A DNA stretch of 64,000 bases, from positions 15,314,001 to 15,378,000 of the forward strand of contig OX597830.1 of NCBI GenBank assembly GCA_951406725.2, in the 5' to 3' direction. Origin of the DNA: Octopus vulgaris. Lineage: Eukaryota. Below the pieces are notes generated by a model, which searched no databases, was not told where the DNA came from, and saw only the letters and a program-made list of their open reading frames with translations. Each line of letters begins with the position of its first letter. The stretch's first letter is position 1. Shown here one piece after another: positions 1 to 11,416 of this stretch. The translations under genes were made by a program, and so were the position numbers.

Positions 1-715
1 TGGAGGAAATTCTCGCCTATATCCACACCACAAGCCAACCTATCGGCCTCAGCATGAACCTTGGAAGGACCAAGGTCATGTTCAACAGGCACGCTACGCC
101 AGCACCCATCACCGTAAACGGCAAGAACATAGAAGAAAAGGAGAGCTACGTCTAACTGGTAGAGATGGTGGCGAAAGACGGAAGTCTATTCTCAGAAGAA
201 TAGCGCTTGAGTGGGTGGCCTTTGGGAGGGTGGAAAACCTCTTGAAAAGACTGAAGACTTCCATGGAAGATCTTCATAAAATTAAGATCCTCAACAAGTA
301 CATCCTGCTTGTGATGATTTACAGTAGTTCATCATGGGCTCTCAACGCTACCATCATGAACGCCCTCATTGTAGCCCAACGGAAAATGGAACGAATTATA
401 TTGGATATCACATTGTGGGACAAGAAAACCAATGCCTGGACTCGACAGCACACGAGAGTCAACTACATCATAACAACCATCAAGGATAAAAAATATAGAT
501 GGGCTGACCACATCACGAGACTGAAGGACAACGGATGGACAATCAGGTTGATGGAATAGAAACCATGGTAACGGATAAGATTAAGAGGTTGACCAAAGAC
601 AAGATGGCGAGATTATCTTATCCGCTACTGGAACTACATGGCAACGACTGGCAAAAGACAGACAGCAGTGGAAGGAGTCCAGGGAGAGGTCCCTACTACA
701 GGATTGATAAACTCC
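1..715 (+). mobile_element. RTE-clade LINE, degenerate 3' part (RT C-terminal region)
   Basis: Frame 3 reads GLSMNLGRTKVM..ITVNGKNIEEKESYV*L. ORF 215..559 reads VAQRKMERIILDITLWDKKTNAW..KYRWADHITRLKDNGW, followed by PKTRWRD and WQRLAKDRQQW. Stops and frameshifts are present. Confidence 0.85.
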
Positions 716-819
716 TGGGTATTAGGAGATTAAGATTAGAAATGTCAAATAAAAGACAAGACTATTAAATAATATTTCATCAACTATGTATCAAAATACA
801 TGCTATAAAGTATTTTTTT

Positions 820-1082
820 GTGTCTGGGGAGAGTCATTCTCTTTTAGTTCCTCATTATTTAACACACTCACCGGTAAAGTTTCCACTCATTTACTTATCT
901 AGTTTTCCTAAAATTTTCGTTGCCTCTTGCAACCTTTTCAACAGCCGAAAGTCAACAACTATTGAAAAGGTTGCAAGAAGCAACGAAAATACTAGGAAAA
1001 TTAAAGTAAACGAGTGGGTTTAAATTATAAGTGAGTGCGTTGAATTATAAGGCACTAAAAGAGAATGATTCTCCCCAGACAC
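820..1082. mobile_element. Penelope-like inverted pseudo-LTR foldback with an HHR-like motif in each arm
   Basis: gtgtctggggagagtcattctcttttag ... ctaaaagagaatgattctccccagacac; arms ~120 bp. A collapsed copy lies at 51811-51880. Confidence 0.6.
908..944 (-). ncRNA. putative minimal hammerhead ribozyme, U3-A8 core variant
   Basis: Minus strand reads cug UUGAAAA g guugc aagag gcaac GAAA auuu uag; palindromic aaaauuuu at stem III. Confidence 0.45.
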
Positions 1083-1654
1083 AACAAAATATGCTTCAAC
1101 ACACGAACTCGCATAAAGAATCGTGCAAACCAAATCCAAAAACGAAATGCTATAAAGTAATTTTGTCACTATCAAATTCCTATCTTTTTGCTTTTATATC
1201 AAAGTATTTCGAGAATTCTGAATAACATTTCATATCAAAGAATTTTGGAAAAATTCATTTTACTAATCAAACTTTTGACAGGGGATATATAGGCCCGGTC
1301 GGTTTTACAACCGCTAAACAGAGGACTCGTTACCCTAAAGCAGGGTATGCACGCATACGAGTACATACATTCATCCATCCGTCCATACATACATGCATGC
1401 ATACACACAGACAGACACACACACATATATACATACGTACATACGCACATATGCACATACATATATACGTACACACATGCATACGCAGTGTTTTATTAGC
1501 TGAGGTGGCTTCAGAAGTGACTCAAGGGCCAAGAGTTTTGTTTCAAGACACTTGTCAAACAGCCGAAGACACTTGACGGTTAGACAAGTGGTTAGTCAAA
1601 TAGACAATGACTGTGTTTGGTGAAACAAGAATACGCTGGAAATAACACGCCGAG

Positions 1655-1656
1655 TA

Positions 1657-1709
<53 letters not shown>

Positions 1710-1769
1710 TGTAATAGTAGTAGTAGTAGTAATAGTAGTAGTAGTAGCAGCAGCAGCAACAGCAGCAGC

Positions 1770-1817
<48 letters not shown>

Positions 1818-1854
1818 TGTAGTAATAGTAGTAGTAGTAGTAGTAGTAGCAGTT

Positions 1855-1911
<57 letters not shown>

Positions 1912-1976
1912 ATGGTGGTGGTGGTGTGACGGGGGAGGATGTTAGTGATTTCTTGAAGAAGTAGAAGAAAAAGAAA

Positions 1977-2007
<31 letters not shown>

Positions 2008-2082
2008 GGAGAAGAAGAAGAAGAAGAAGAAGAAGAAGAAGAAGAAGAAAAAGAGGAGGAGGAGGAAAAAGAAGAGGAGGAA

Positions 2083-2123
<41 letters not shown>

Positions 2124-2199
2124 AGAGGAGGAAGAAGAAGAGGAGGAAGAAGAAGAGGAGGAAGAAGAAGAGGAGGAAGAAGAGGAGGAGGAGGAAGAA

Positions 2200-2232
<33 letters not shown>

Positions 2233-2330
2233 GAAGAAGAAGAAGAAGTAGAAGAAGAAGTAGAAGAAGAAGAAGAAGAAGAAGAAGAAGAAGAAGAAGA
2301 AGAAGAACAACAACAACAACAACAACAATA
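1655..2330. repeat. (AGT/AGC)n followed by (AAG/GAG)n and (AAC)n microsatellites
   Basis: Direct inspection. Confidence 0.95.
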
Positions 2331-2539
2331 ACCGAGTCAACTGAGACCTATATATCAAAAGCGTTCCAATGCTGACACTCTTGTCTATCTTTTCCTTCTT
2401 TAGACTTGACGTATCCAGAATTACATTTTCCAATCTAAAGTCTGAGCCAGATGCAGATTTGGTTCTTATTTCCAGCAGCTAAAAAAAAAAGAAAGTAAAA
2501 ACGCAGAGAGAGCTCCTTTCATGGCTCAAGGCCGACGCC

Positions 2540-2928
2540 TGCTGCTGCTGCTGCTGTTGCTGTTGAGCGAACGGTCTTCGTCCCAGAGCTCGCAAGATGG
2601 GAGAAGTCCGAAACGTGGTCCTTTTGCTATTCGTAAGACCCGCAGAAGAGAAAGCAGGTCAGCCACCCGACACCGAGAGCATCGACGGACGGATGAATGC
2701 GCATCCAGGCTCACCGGCTGCGTAGAAAGTCGGGGACAAGAAACAGGAAGAAAGAGTGAGAGAAAGTTGGGCGAAAGAGTACAACAGGGGTCGCCCCCCC
2801 CTGCCAGAGCCTCGTGGAGCTTGTAGGTGTTTTCGCTCAAAAAACACACACAACGCCCGGTCTGGGAATCGAAACAGCGATCCTCCGACCGCGAGTCCGC
2901 TGCCCTAACCATTGGGCCATTGCGCTTC
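2540..2928 (-). mobile_element. tRNA-derived SINE family C, tail type 1 with (CAG)n end
   Basis: Head tggcccaatggttagggcagcggactcgcggtcgg..gtttcgattccc (A/B boxes). Same head at 37565 and 49050; same tail at 40820-40987. Confidence 0.85.
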
Positions 2929-3589
2929 ATCGCTGCTGCTGCTGCTGATGCTGCTGCTGCTATCTCTAGTGTTGCTGGTGATAGTGCTGCTGCCGTTGTT
3001 GCTGGTGCTGGCAAGCGCTTTGGTTCTTGTTTGCTTAAACCACGTTTTATCCACGCTGTAAGAATTAGCCAGATTTGATTTCAAAGTAAAACAACGAATT
3101 TTGTGACGTGTCCACACACACACACACACACACTGCATGTACATTTGTATTTGTTCAGTGATTCTCATTGCAAATAAATCGTTTAGTAACTCTTTTTCTA
3201 AGTAACAAATATATATATTTCTTTCTTGTAACATTTGTGAAGTCTTTAAAAGATATGTTTGTGTCAATACGACCATACCGGTGAAGTCAATACGACAATG
3301 CCAGCAGAAGCTATTACACGCCAGTCGGTCGCTAAAGCCAACCTCTTTCTCCTTCCATTTCTCTTTCTCCCCACCTTACTGTCTCTCTCTCTCCCTCTCT
3401 GTCATTTCTCTCTCTCTCGCTCTCAGTCCCTCTACCTCTCTCGCTCTCGTAATTAAGGCCAACAGTTATATAGAACCTCGTGTTTGCAATGTTGCCAAGT
3501 CAATGGGGCATGCTTTGTGAAAGAACATTATGAATTTGTAAACACACTCACTTCTGTTTGTATATGGACGCACGTGTAAGTTTGTGGTT

Positions 3590-4004
3590 GTCACTACATG
3601 ACTGGGAGAGAGTGAGGGGGCATGTGCTGTAGGGGGGTTTGGCTGGTACTACATGAATGGAAGTGGGACGCACGTGTATGTGAGCGCATGCTAATACATG
3701 TATGCGCGTGCTAACGCATGAATGGGGAGGGCGGAGAGTGTGTGTTTTCGCTTCGTAACATGTGGATGGAGAGTGGAGTCTGTGTATGCAACTTACTCCA
3801 TGAATGGAACAGTAATGGGTGCACATGTGCATGCATGTTACTACATGAATGGAGGAGTCAGGTGTGAACACGTGTGTAAGTTTGTGTTTATGTGTATATT
3901 TTGATACATGAATGGCAAAGTCATGCATGTGTATGTGTGTGTGTGTGTGTTACTACATGAATGGGTTGATGATGTGTATATGTGTGCAACGTAATACATG
4001 AATG
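3590..4004. repeat. degenerate minisatellite with recurring ACTACATGAATGG core
   Basis: About 10 occurrences of the motif, 20-65 bp apart. Confidence 0.65.
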
Positions 4005-4421
4005 GGATCTTTTCGGTTTGAACGGCAGTTTTTTTCTAGCGGTGTCATATGAAATTGTCACCCATAATTATGACCCTAGTATCGATCCATTGCATTTCAA
4101 TCTATTTTAAGGTTAGGGTTAGGGGGAAGGGTATCTTTTTTTTCTTCACAAATGTAAACAAACCCAATCTGTTTCTTAAACGAGGGACATATTCATACGG
4201 CACAGAATGTTTTTTTTTACCTCAATGGACGTCATTGATTGGTTGAAATTGCAGAAATTGAAGAAAAAAACCCAACAAATATCTTACAAGCCATAGAATT
4301 TTCTCAATAAAGCCAAGAGAAAAAGATGTTTTATAAACACATTCTACCAGTATACGAAGTTTAAAATTTTTTAGTTACCTAGAAACTATGTTAAAAACTG
4401 CCGTTCAAACCGAAAAGATCC
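4005..4421. mobile_element. MITE, Merlin-like (GG termini, 8-bp TSD), copy 1
   Basis: TIR ggatcttttcggtttgaacggcagtttt / aaaactgccgttcaaaccgaaaagatcc; flanks catgaatg/tataaatg. Confidence 0.85.
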
Positions 4422-4457
4422 TATAAATGAGAAATAGGAGAGAGATGTGTATATATA

Positions 4458-4737
4458 CAGTTCTATATTTAAAAGACGAGGAATTATGTACATTTACATT
4501 ATTTACATTTGACGGATATTAGTCCTCGTCTTTGTTGTTGACACATGTTTCGGCTGATATGCCCTCCAGCCTTCATCAGGTGTCTTGGGGAAATCTCGTT
4601 CCTGCGTTCGCATTCCTAAGGTATTTTTCGATATTATCATTATTATTATTATTATTATCCAGGTCACTACCTGGAATCGAACTCGGAATCTTGGGGTTAG
4701 TAGCCCGTGCTCTTAACCACTACGCCATATGCCGGTG

Positions 4738-4740
<3 letters not shown>
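4458..4740 (-). mobile_element. tRNA-headed short element with HHR-like motif
   Basis: A box tggcgtagtgg, B box gagttcgattcc, (AAT)n linker, then gacac CTGATGA a ggctg..cagcc GAAA cat gtgtc (4540-4584). Flanked by TA runs. Confidence 0.7.
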
Positions 4741-4786
<46 letters not shown>

Positions 4787-4798
4787 TACTTTGTTATT

Positions 4799-5146
4799 TT
4801 TTACTTGTGACAGTCATTAGACTGTGGCCATGCTGGAGGTTAACCTTGAAGAATTAATTTTTTTCTAAAGCCTGGTACTTATCGGTCTTTGTTACTAAAC
4901 CGCTAAGTTACGTGGAAGTAAGCACACCTATACCGGCTTTCAGTCAGTAGTGGGGACACACACAGACACATAAACACACATACACACACACATACAAACA
5001 CACACACTACGCGCGCGCATATATATATATATATATATATACATATATACGACGGGCTTCTTTCAGTTTCCATCTACCAAATCCACTCACAAGGCTTTGG
5101 TCGGCCCGAGGCTATAGCAGAAGACACTTGCCCAAGGTGCCACGCA
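4799..5146 (-). mobile_element. SINE family A (CORE-like), 5'-truncated
   Basis: Matches the family body ggcaccttgggcaagtgtcttc..ccagcatggccacagtc. Confidence 0.85.
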
Positions 5147-5214
5147 TAATTTATAGGATGACCCAGAATATATATATGTGTGACAGGGGAGGGTGTTTGT
5201 TAGTAGTGGTTTCT

Positions 5215-5398
5215 TGAAGAAGAAGAAGAAGAAGAAGAAGAAGAAGAAGAAGAAGAAGAAGAAGAAGAAGAAGGAGACGAAGAAGAAGAAGAAAAAGAAG
5301 AAGAAGAAAAGAAGAAGAAGAAGAAGAAGAAGAAGAAGAAGAAGAAGAAGAAGAAGAAGAAGAAGAAGAAGAAGAAGAAGAAGAAGAAGAAGAAGAAA
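5215..5398. repeat. (AAG)n microsatellite
   Basis: Direct inspection. Confidence 0.95.
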
Positions 5399-5933
5399 AT
5401 GAATGGTTTTAAATTTTCTCCACAAGGGCTGCAATTCCAGGGGAGCAGGTAGATCGATTACATTGACCCCCTGTACTCAACTCATAATCATTTTATCGAT
5501 TCCATCGCGAGAAACAAACCTTGCCAACCCGCGCTGCCTTGAAACAGGTAAATATTAACGAATGCAGTTTATTGTTGTTGTTGGTGGTGGTGGTGATGGC
5601 GTTTACTGTCGCTGCCTTTGCTGCTGCTGCTGCTGCTGCCGTTGCTGCTGTTCATGTTGTTATTGATGTTACTGTTTGTTTTGACCCATGTGAGTTCAGA
5701 TCGATCAGTTTTATACTCAAGCAGTTTTCAGCCAAGACTCTCCGACACGAAGGCTGGAGATAACGCATATCTATAATTACATTTTCCTCAATGTATGTTT
5801 TCCTTCACAAGGTGGCAAAGTGCTGTTTTAAAGAAGATTATTTTTTTCTGCTATTTCTAGAATGCCGAGGGACTACAAAGACTTCTCCTCATTTGTCTCG
5901 TAAAACAGGTAAAAGAACGAATTACCTTACATC

Positions 5934-6508
5934 TTTTACTTGTTTCATTCATTAGACTACGGTCATGCTGGGGCACGGCTTGAAAATTTTTTAGTTGCAT
6001 GAATCGAGCCCAAAACATATTTTTAAACCTGGTATTTTTCTATCGGTATTTTTTGCCAAACTGCTAAGTTACTCGAACATAAGCATACTAACACCGGTTA
6101 CCAAACGGTGGGGAGTAAACACAACCACAAACACACACACACATAAATATATATATTATATATAGGGAAAATTTATGAAAAAAACAACAAAAGACGAAGA
6201 CAGGTGGTGTACAAAACAAACAGATGTATTAGTATAACGCTCAGGAATAGAAAAAGTATTTTACGTTTCGAGCCTACGCTCTTCTACAGAAAGGGACACA
6301 GAAAAAGGGAGAGAAACAAGGAGAGAAAAAATGTGTGTAGTGGCTAACGATATATATATATACACGATAAGCTTTCTGCTTCCATCTAGCAAATCCACTT
6401 ACAAGACTTTGGTTGACCCAAGGCTATAGTAGAAAGTACCACGCAATAGGACTGAACCCGGGACCATGTAGTTGGGAAGTAAACTTCTTACCACACTGCC
6501 ACGCCTGT
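5934..6508 (-). mobile_element. SINE family A, diverged, interrupted by a P1 element in its microsatellite spacer
   Basis: Head ggcgtggcagtgtggtaagaagt..gggttcagtcc; tail gaaacaagtaaaa. Confidence 0.8.
6165..6351 (-). mobile_element. HHR-bearing mini-element family P1
   Basis: ttt CTGTAGA a gagc gtag gctc GAAA cgta aaa (about 6258-6293); flanked by (TA)n. Confidence 0.8.
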
Positions 6509-7004
6509 GTGGTAAGGAGCTTGCTTACTTTTTAGATTAAAGGTTTACATTCTCGAATAATATTGGTAACTACTAATTCTATTTTCAATGGACAAACGAC
6601 AATGATAAAGTAATATTAAAAATGATGCTAACACATTTAATGAAACGAGCAAAGAAATTTTAATTAATTAAAACTACACTCCTAGTGAGGCGAAAAAATC
6701 ATTATCGAGCGACTAATTATCTGTGCTACATTCTATTTTTAATTTATAATTAATTCAAATACAAGGTTGTCTCCCTTGTCTCTTTTTACCATAATTCGTC
6801 AATTAGTGGTTACGATAATGACTTTTTTTCCTCACTTCGAGTGAAATTTTAATTATCTTTTCCTGATTGCCTTTATTATGTACGTGAGCGCCCACATATC
6901 CGTTAGTCAAGTAATTAGTGTTTAGAAAGATGTTTAGAGAATATAAAACATTCATGTAGGAAGAGCTGGTAGGTTGTTTATAAAACATGGCTACCTCACA
7001 TATT

Positions 7005-7342
7005 GAGACCCCCTTCGGTCATGAATGACCATGGGATTGCACCTAGAAAGTTACCCTCCGAGGCACAAGTCCGGGCAAGGTTGTTTATGGAAGACCAGCA
7101 GTCGCCCATGCATATCGGCCTCCCCTCTTCACGCCACTGATGTTATCCAAGGGAAAGGCAAAGGGGCCGATACAGCCTGGCACCAGTGACGTCGCAACAC
7201 ATTTCTACAGCTGAGTGAACTGGAGCAACGTGAAATAAAGTGTCTTGCTCAGGAACACAACACGCAGCCGGGTCCGGGATTCGAACTCACAACCTCACGA
7301 TCGTAAGCTCGACGCTCTAACCCCTGAGCCATGCGCCTTCAC
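7005..7342 (-). mobile_element. tRNA-derived SINE family D (CORE-like domain, RTE-like 3' part)
   Basis: Head ggcgcatggctcaggggttagagcg..gagttcgaatcccgg; CORE-like ttcctgagcaagacacttt. Confidence 0.8.
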
Positions 7343-7449
7343 ACCTCACTTATTAATCGATATATATATATGTCAGCAATGGAGGGAAGTTTGAATGGGG
7401 TCAGAAGTCGAAGAAACTGTATGCTTCATGCGAGTGTCAAATGTTGCAG

Positions 7450-8045
7450 TTACCATGGTCATCGCCGTCATTATCGTTGTGGTCATTATAGAGGTCATCA
7501 TCGTCGTCGTCGTCATCATCAATCGTCGCCGTCGCCGTCATCATCACCGTCGTCATCATCATCATCATCGTCATCGACGTCGTCTTTGTCATTGGCGTGT
7601 TTTTATCGCTACCGTCGTCATCATCGTCGACATTGTCGTCGTCGTCGCCTTCGTCACTGCCGTCATCGTCATCGTCGTCGTGATCATCATCATTGTCATT
7701 GACATCGTCATCCTCATTTTCGTCACTGTCGACTTCGTCACCATCATCGTCCTCATCGTCACCGTCATCGTTCTCGTCATCGTCGTCATCATCTTCGCCA
7801 TTATCATCGTCATCATCGTCGTTATCTTTGTCGTTGTGATCACCAATCGTCGTCGTCGTCGTTGTCAAAATCAACATCATCATCATCATCGTTGTCATCG
7901 ACGTTGCCATCGTCCTCGTCATTGTCATCGTTATCGTCGTTATTGTCGTCATTGTATCACCATCGTCGTCATCGTCATCAGTGTTATCGTCAACGTCGCC
8001 ACCGTCGTCGTCACTGTCATCGACATTCTCATCGCAATCGTCTCT
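7450..8045. repeat. cryptic (ATC/GTC)n trinucleotide low-complexity tract
   Basis: Direct inspection. Confidence 0.9.
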
Positions 8046-8254
8046 GTTGCAGTCCAACTCACTCACCCCGTCAAATTCTGATCGAGCAGAAGTAGGTCTG
8101 GGTTACGGAAAGTACGTCGACGTTACGGAAATCGTTTGACTATTGTCAAACGTTTTCCGTAATCCAGTCTTTGTTCAGTGAGAGCTAATACTTACTTTAC
8201 TTTTACTTTTACTTTTACTTGTTTCAGCTATTTGACTGCGGCCATGCTGGGGCA

Positions 8255-8440
8255 AAATACTTAGCGGCATTTTGTCCGTCTTCACGTTCTGAGTTCAAAT
8301 CCTGCCGAGGTTGACTTTACCTTTTATCCTTTCGAGGTCGATGAAATTGGCACCAGTTGAGCGCGGGGGGTTGATGTGATCGAGTTAGTCCCAACCCCAC
8401 CCACACGAAATTGCTGGACTTATGCCAAAATCTGAAACCA
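8255..8440 (+). mobile_element. SINE family B (Meta-domain-like), diverged partial copy
   Basis: cgttctgagttcaaatcctgccgaggttgactttaccttttatcctttcgaggtcgat. Confidence 0.75.
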
Positions 8441-8812
8441 TCGTTCGATTCCTTGGACAGAGGAGTATTGGTGATTGCATGAGCGCGTGTATATCTAACT
8501 ATTGTATATGAGAAAGAATCTGGTGACAGGATAACGGAAGCAATAAACTGTTCGGCTGCTGATCAATGATGAGGAAAATAAGGCTAGCAAAGAAAACAGA
8601 ACAGCTAAACAACTCTTAACTATTTGTTCCTCACGCAGAAGACATCCCTATGAAAGCCCTCTTTTCTTTTTATTACTTTAAGCAGTGAAATCAGTCAGTG
8701 TTTATTGACATAAAATCTTTATATACTTCAGGTCTGGTAAGTAGTAACTAGTAAGGTTATAATTCTCTGAAGAGTTAAATAAACTTGATACATGAGTGTA
8801 GCGTTTTTATAC

Positions 8813-8870
<58 letters not shown>

Positions 8871-8877
<7 letters not shown>

Positions 8878-9534
8878 ATATAGAGGGCATTATACATACA
8901 TGCCAGAGGGCATTATACATACATGCCACACGCTAAGAGGGACAATTAGTCATTTCTACCAAAAATTTTACTAATCCTACCGAATGCAATTTTTCAAAGT
9001 AAGACATTTAAAAATATAGACTTGTATCACTGTGATTTCATACCTCTGTATTCATCAGCAAGCCTGGACGTATCATAAATAAACGACCCTGCCTCGCTTA
9101 AGCCGAGCAGCTAACTGGTCAACATCAACGAAGCACATGGGTGAGTTTACATATATTACATCCGGTAAATGGCAGACTTTTACGAATTGCATTTCGGGAA
9201 CGGAAAAGTTTTTTTCGGAATAAAAATTTAGCAATTAAGGACAACTACTTAATAAGGAAAACTTAACAAGAAATTGTCAGGTAGATAGCGTGAAAGACCT
9301 CATAAGAGAAAAAATTTCGAAAATAATTATTTCTTATTGAACATATTAATTTATATATGTGGCATGTATGTATAATGCCCTCTGGCATGTATGTATAATG
9401 CCCTCTATATATAAATTAATATGTTCAATAAGAAATAATTATTTTCGAAATTTTTTTCTCTTATGAGGTCTTTCACGCTATCTACCTGACAATTTCTTGT
9501 TAAGTTTTCCTTATTAAGTAGTTGTCCTTAATTG

Positions 9535-9538
<4 letters not shown>
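8871..9538. mobile_element. Penelope-like remnant with nested inverted repeats, inside (TA)n
   Basis: 9228-9357 is the reverse complement of 9408-9538; 8871-8930 is the reverse complement of 9358-9417. Contains an HHR. Confidence 0.7.
9018..9065 (-). ncRNA. type I hammerhead ribozyme with intact core
   Basis: aggcuug CUGAUGA auac agag guau GAAA ucac a guga UA^ caagucu: 7-bp stem I, 4-bp stem II, quasi-palindromic stem III, AUA triplet. Confidence 0.8.
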
Positions 9539-9611
<73 letters not shown>

Positions 9612-9755
9612 ATAATCAGTGTTTATTGACATAAAATCTATATACCTCTGTCACTTGAGGCCTGATAAGTAGTAACTAGTAAGGTTATAATTCTCTGAAG
9701 AGTTAAATAAACATGATACATGTTCGTAATCTCCTAACATAATAATGAGCGTAGC

Positions 9756-9845
<90 letters not shown>

Positions 9846-9848
<3 letters not shown>

Positions 9849-10022
9849 AGATCGTTAGCCAGTACACACTTTTTTTTTCTCGTTTTTTCTGCGTCCCTTT
9901 CTGTAGAAGAGCGTAGGCTCGAAACGTAAAAGACTTTTTCTATTCCTGAGCGTTATACTAATACATCTGTTTGTTTTGTACACCACCTGTCTTCGTCTTT
10001 TGTTTTTTTCGTAAACTCTCCC
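9846..10022 (+). mobile_element. HHR-bearing mini-element family P1
   Basis: cttt CTGTAGA a gagc gtag gctc GAAA cg TA^ aaag at 9897-9932; flanked by (TA)n. Confidence 0.8.
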
Positions 10023-10396
10023 TATATATATATATATATATATTTGTTCAGAATCCTGCCGGTCTCGGAGGAGGAGGAGGAGGAGGAGGAGGAGGAGAGA
10101 AAATTGTAATTCAGTGAAGGAGAAGTAGTGAGAGTAATAACCCTGACTGAGAGGGAGTGAGAAAAAGTAATAGCAATGAGAGAAAGGAAGTGGTGATAGA
10201 TGAATAAGGAAGGTAGGGGTGAAAAAAATCAACGGTTCAACTCTGTGTGAGTATATGCGTATATGTGTGTGCGTGTACAAGAGAAGTATGTGAATGTTTG
10301 TATGTGTGATTATTGTGTATCGTATTTTGTACCTTATATAAAATACTACAATTAGCCGTCATTATTGACGGCACGTGGTCAGCTAGTTATCATATA

Positions 10397-10860
10397 TTCC
10401 CCCACACCATGCTTGGTAGCATTCTATTTATAATTATTTTGGGTTTCAGAGTTATCTCTCTTACATTTCTGGAGTAGAATTGTCCATATCATTAAAGATT
10501 TATCTTTTCAATAACGGCTTAATTTTAATTGATTAAAAACTTCTGGTAGAGTCAATCTATTACATTGTCTTTCACCAGATACACATGCTCATACGAATAC
10601 GCTTGCGCTGATCTAACTTGTGAATCTTCATGAAGTTAAAGATATAGATGTGATGGCGCATTTGAAGCACATGAGTGCTTGTATAGTCGATGAAACACAA
10701 TGTAATAGACTGGCTTTACCAGAATCAATAGAAATTAAGCCGTTACTGAAAAGATACATTTTTATTGATAAGGACTAATTCTGGTTCAGAAATGTAAGGG
10801 AGATAAGTCTGAAACCCGAAATAATTATAAACAGGATGCTACCAAGCATAAGATGGGGAA
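10397..10860. mobile_element. long foldback element (MITE-like, ~200-bp diverged arms)
   Basis: atgcttggtagcattctatttataattattttgggtttcagag.. pairs with ..gtctgaaacccgaaataattataaacaggatgctaccaagcat. Confidence 0.75.
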
Positions 10861-11367
10861 CTCGCTTGCGTACAGGCATGGCCATGGCGTCAAGAAGTTC
10901 ACAGTTGCGTGGTTTTAGGTTCGCTCTCAGTGCGCAGCGTCTGGAGTAAGTCGCTTTGAAGATTGCCCCGGGTCGATGGTGGAAGCTTATAGAAGGACAA
11001 TGTTCATGTTGTTGGGCAGCAAACTTTTAACTGGTCATCCGGTTTAAGACAACCATCTGGTCGTCGTTTGCTGCCTTTAGCGGATCCCCTCAGTTGTCAG
11101 AATTTGGGTCGGGTGTCATGTCAGGGGTTAGTTTATTTCTTTCCAGCGTGAGAGGAGTAAATCATTTACAGGCAAGACAAGAAGGTCGAAGGCACATTTC
11201 TGCCTCCTCACACGAAGACATAAATAATAGAATTAACCAACGGAGAGATCAGCAATTCACATCCTCTCAACAGCACATCATGAGTCTGTAGCCAACGCAT
11301 TTAGCTTTGAACATTGCTGTTGAGCCGATATACTTAAAAAGACACGCACGCGCGCACGCACACACAC

Positions 11368-11413
<46 letters not shown>

Positions 11414-11416
11414 TTT

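Noticed and set aside
3590-4004. CRISPR-like array
   Set aside because: Eukaryotic context, short degenerate repeats, irregular low-complexity spacers and no cas genes.
4659-4733. Functional tRNA gene
   Set aside because: Poor acceptor stem, no T-run terminator and continuity with a repeat body; treated as an element head. The same applies to the other SINE heads.
7331-8095. Asp-rich 209-aa and Val/Ile-rich 228-aa ORFs
   Set aside because: Open in several frames on both strands because of trinucleotide repeats; no domain or splice support.
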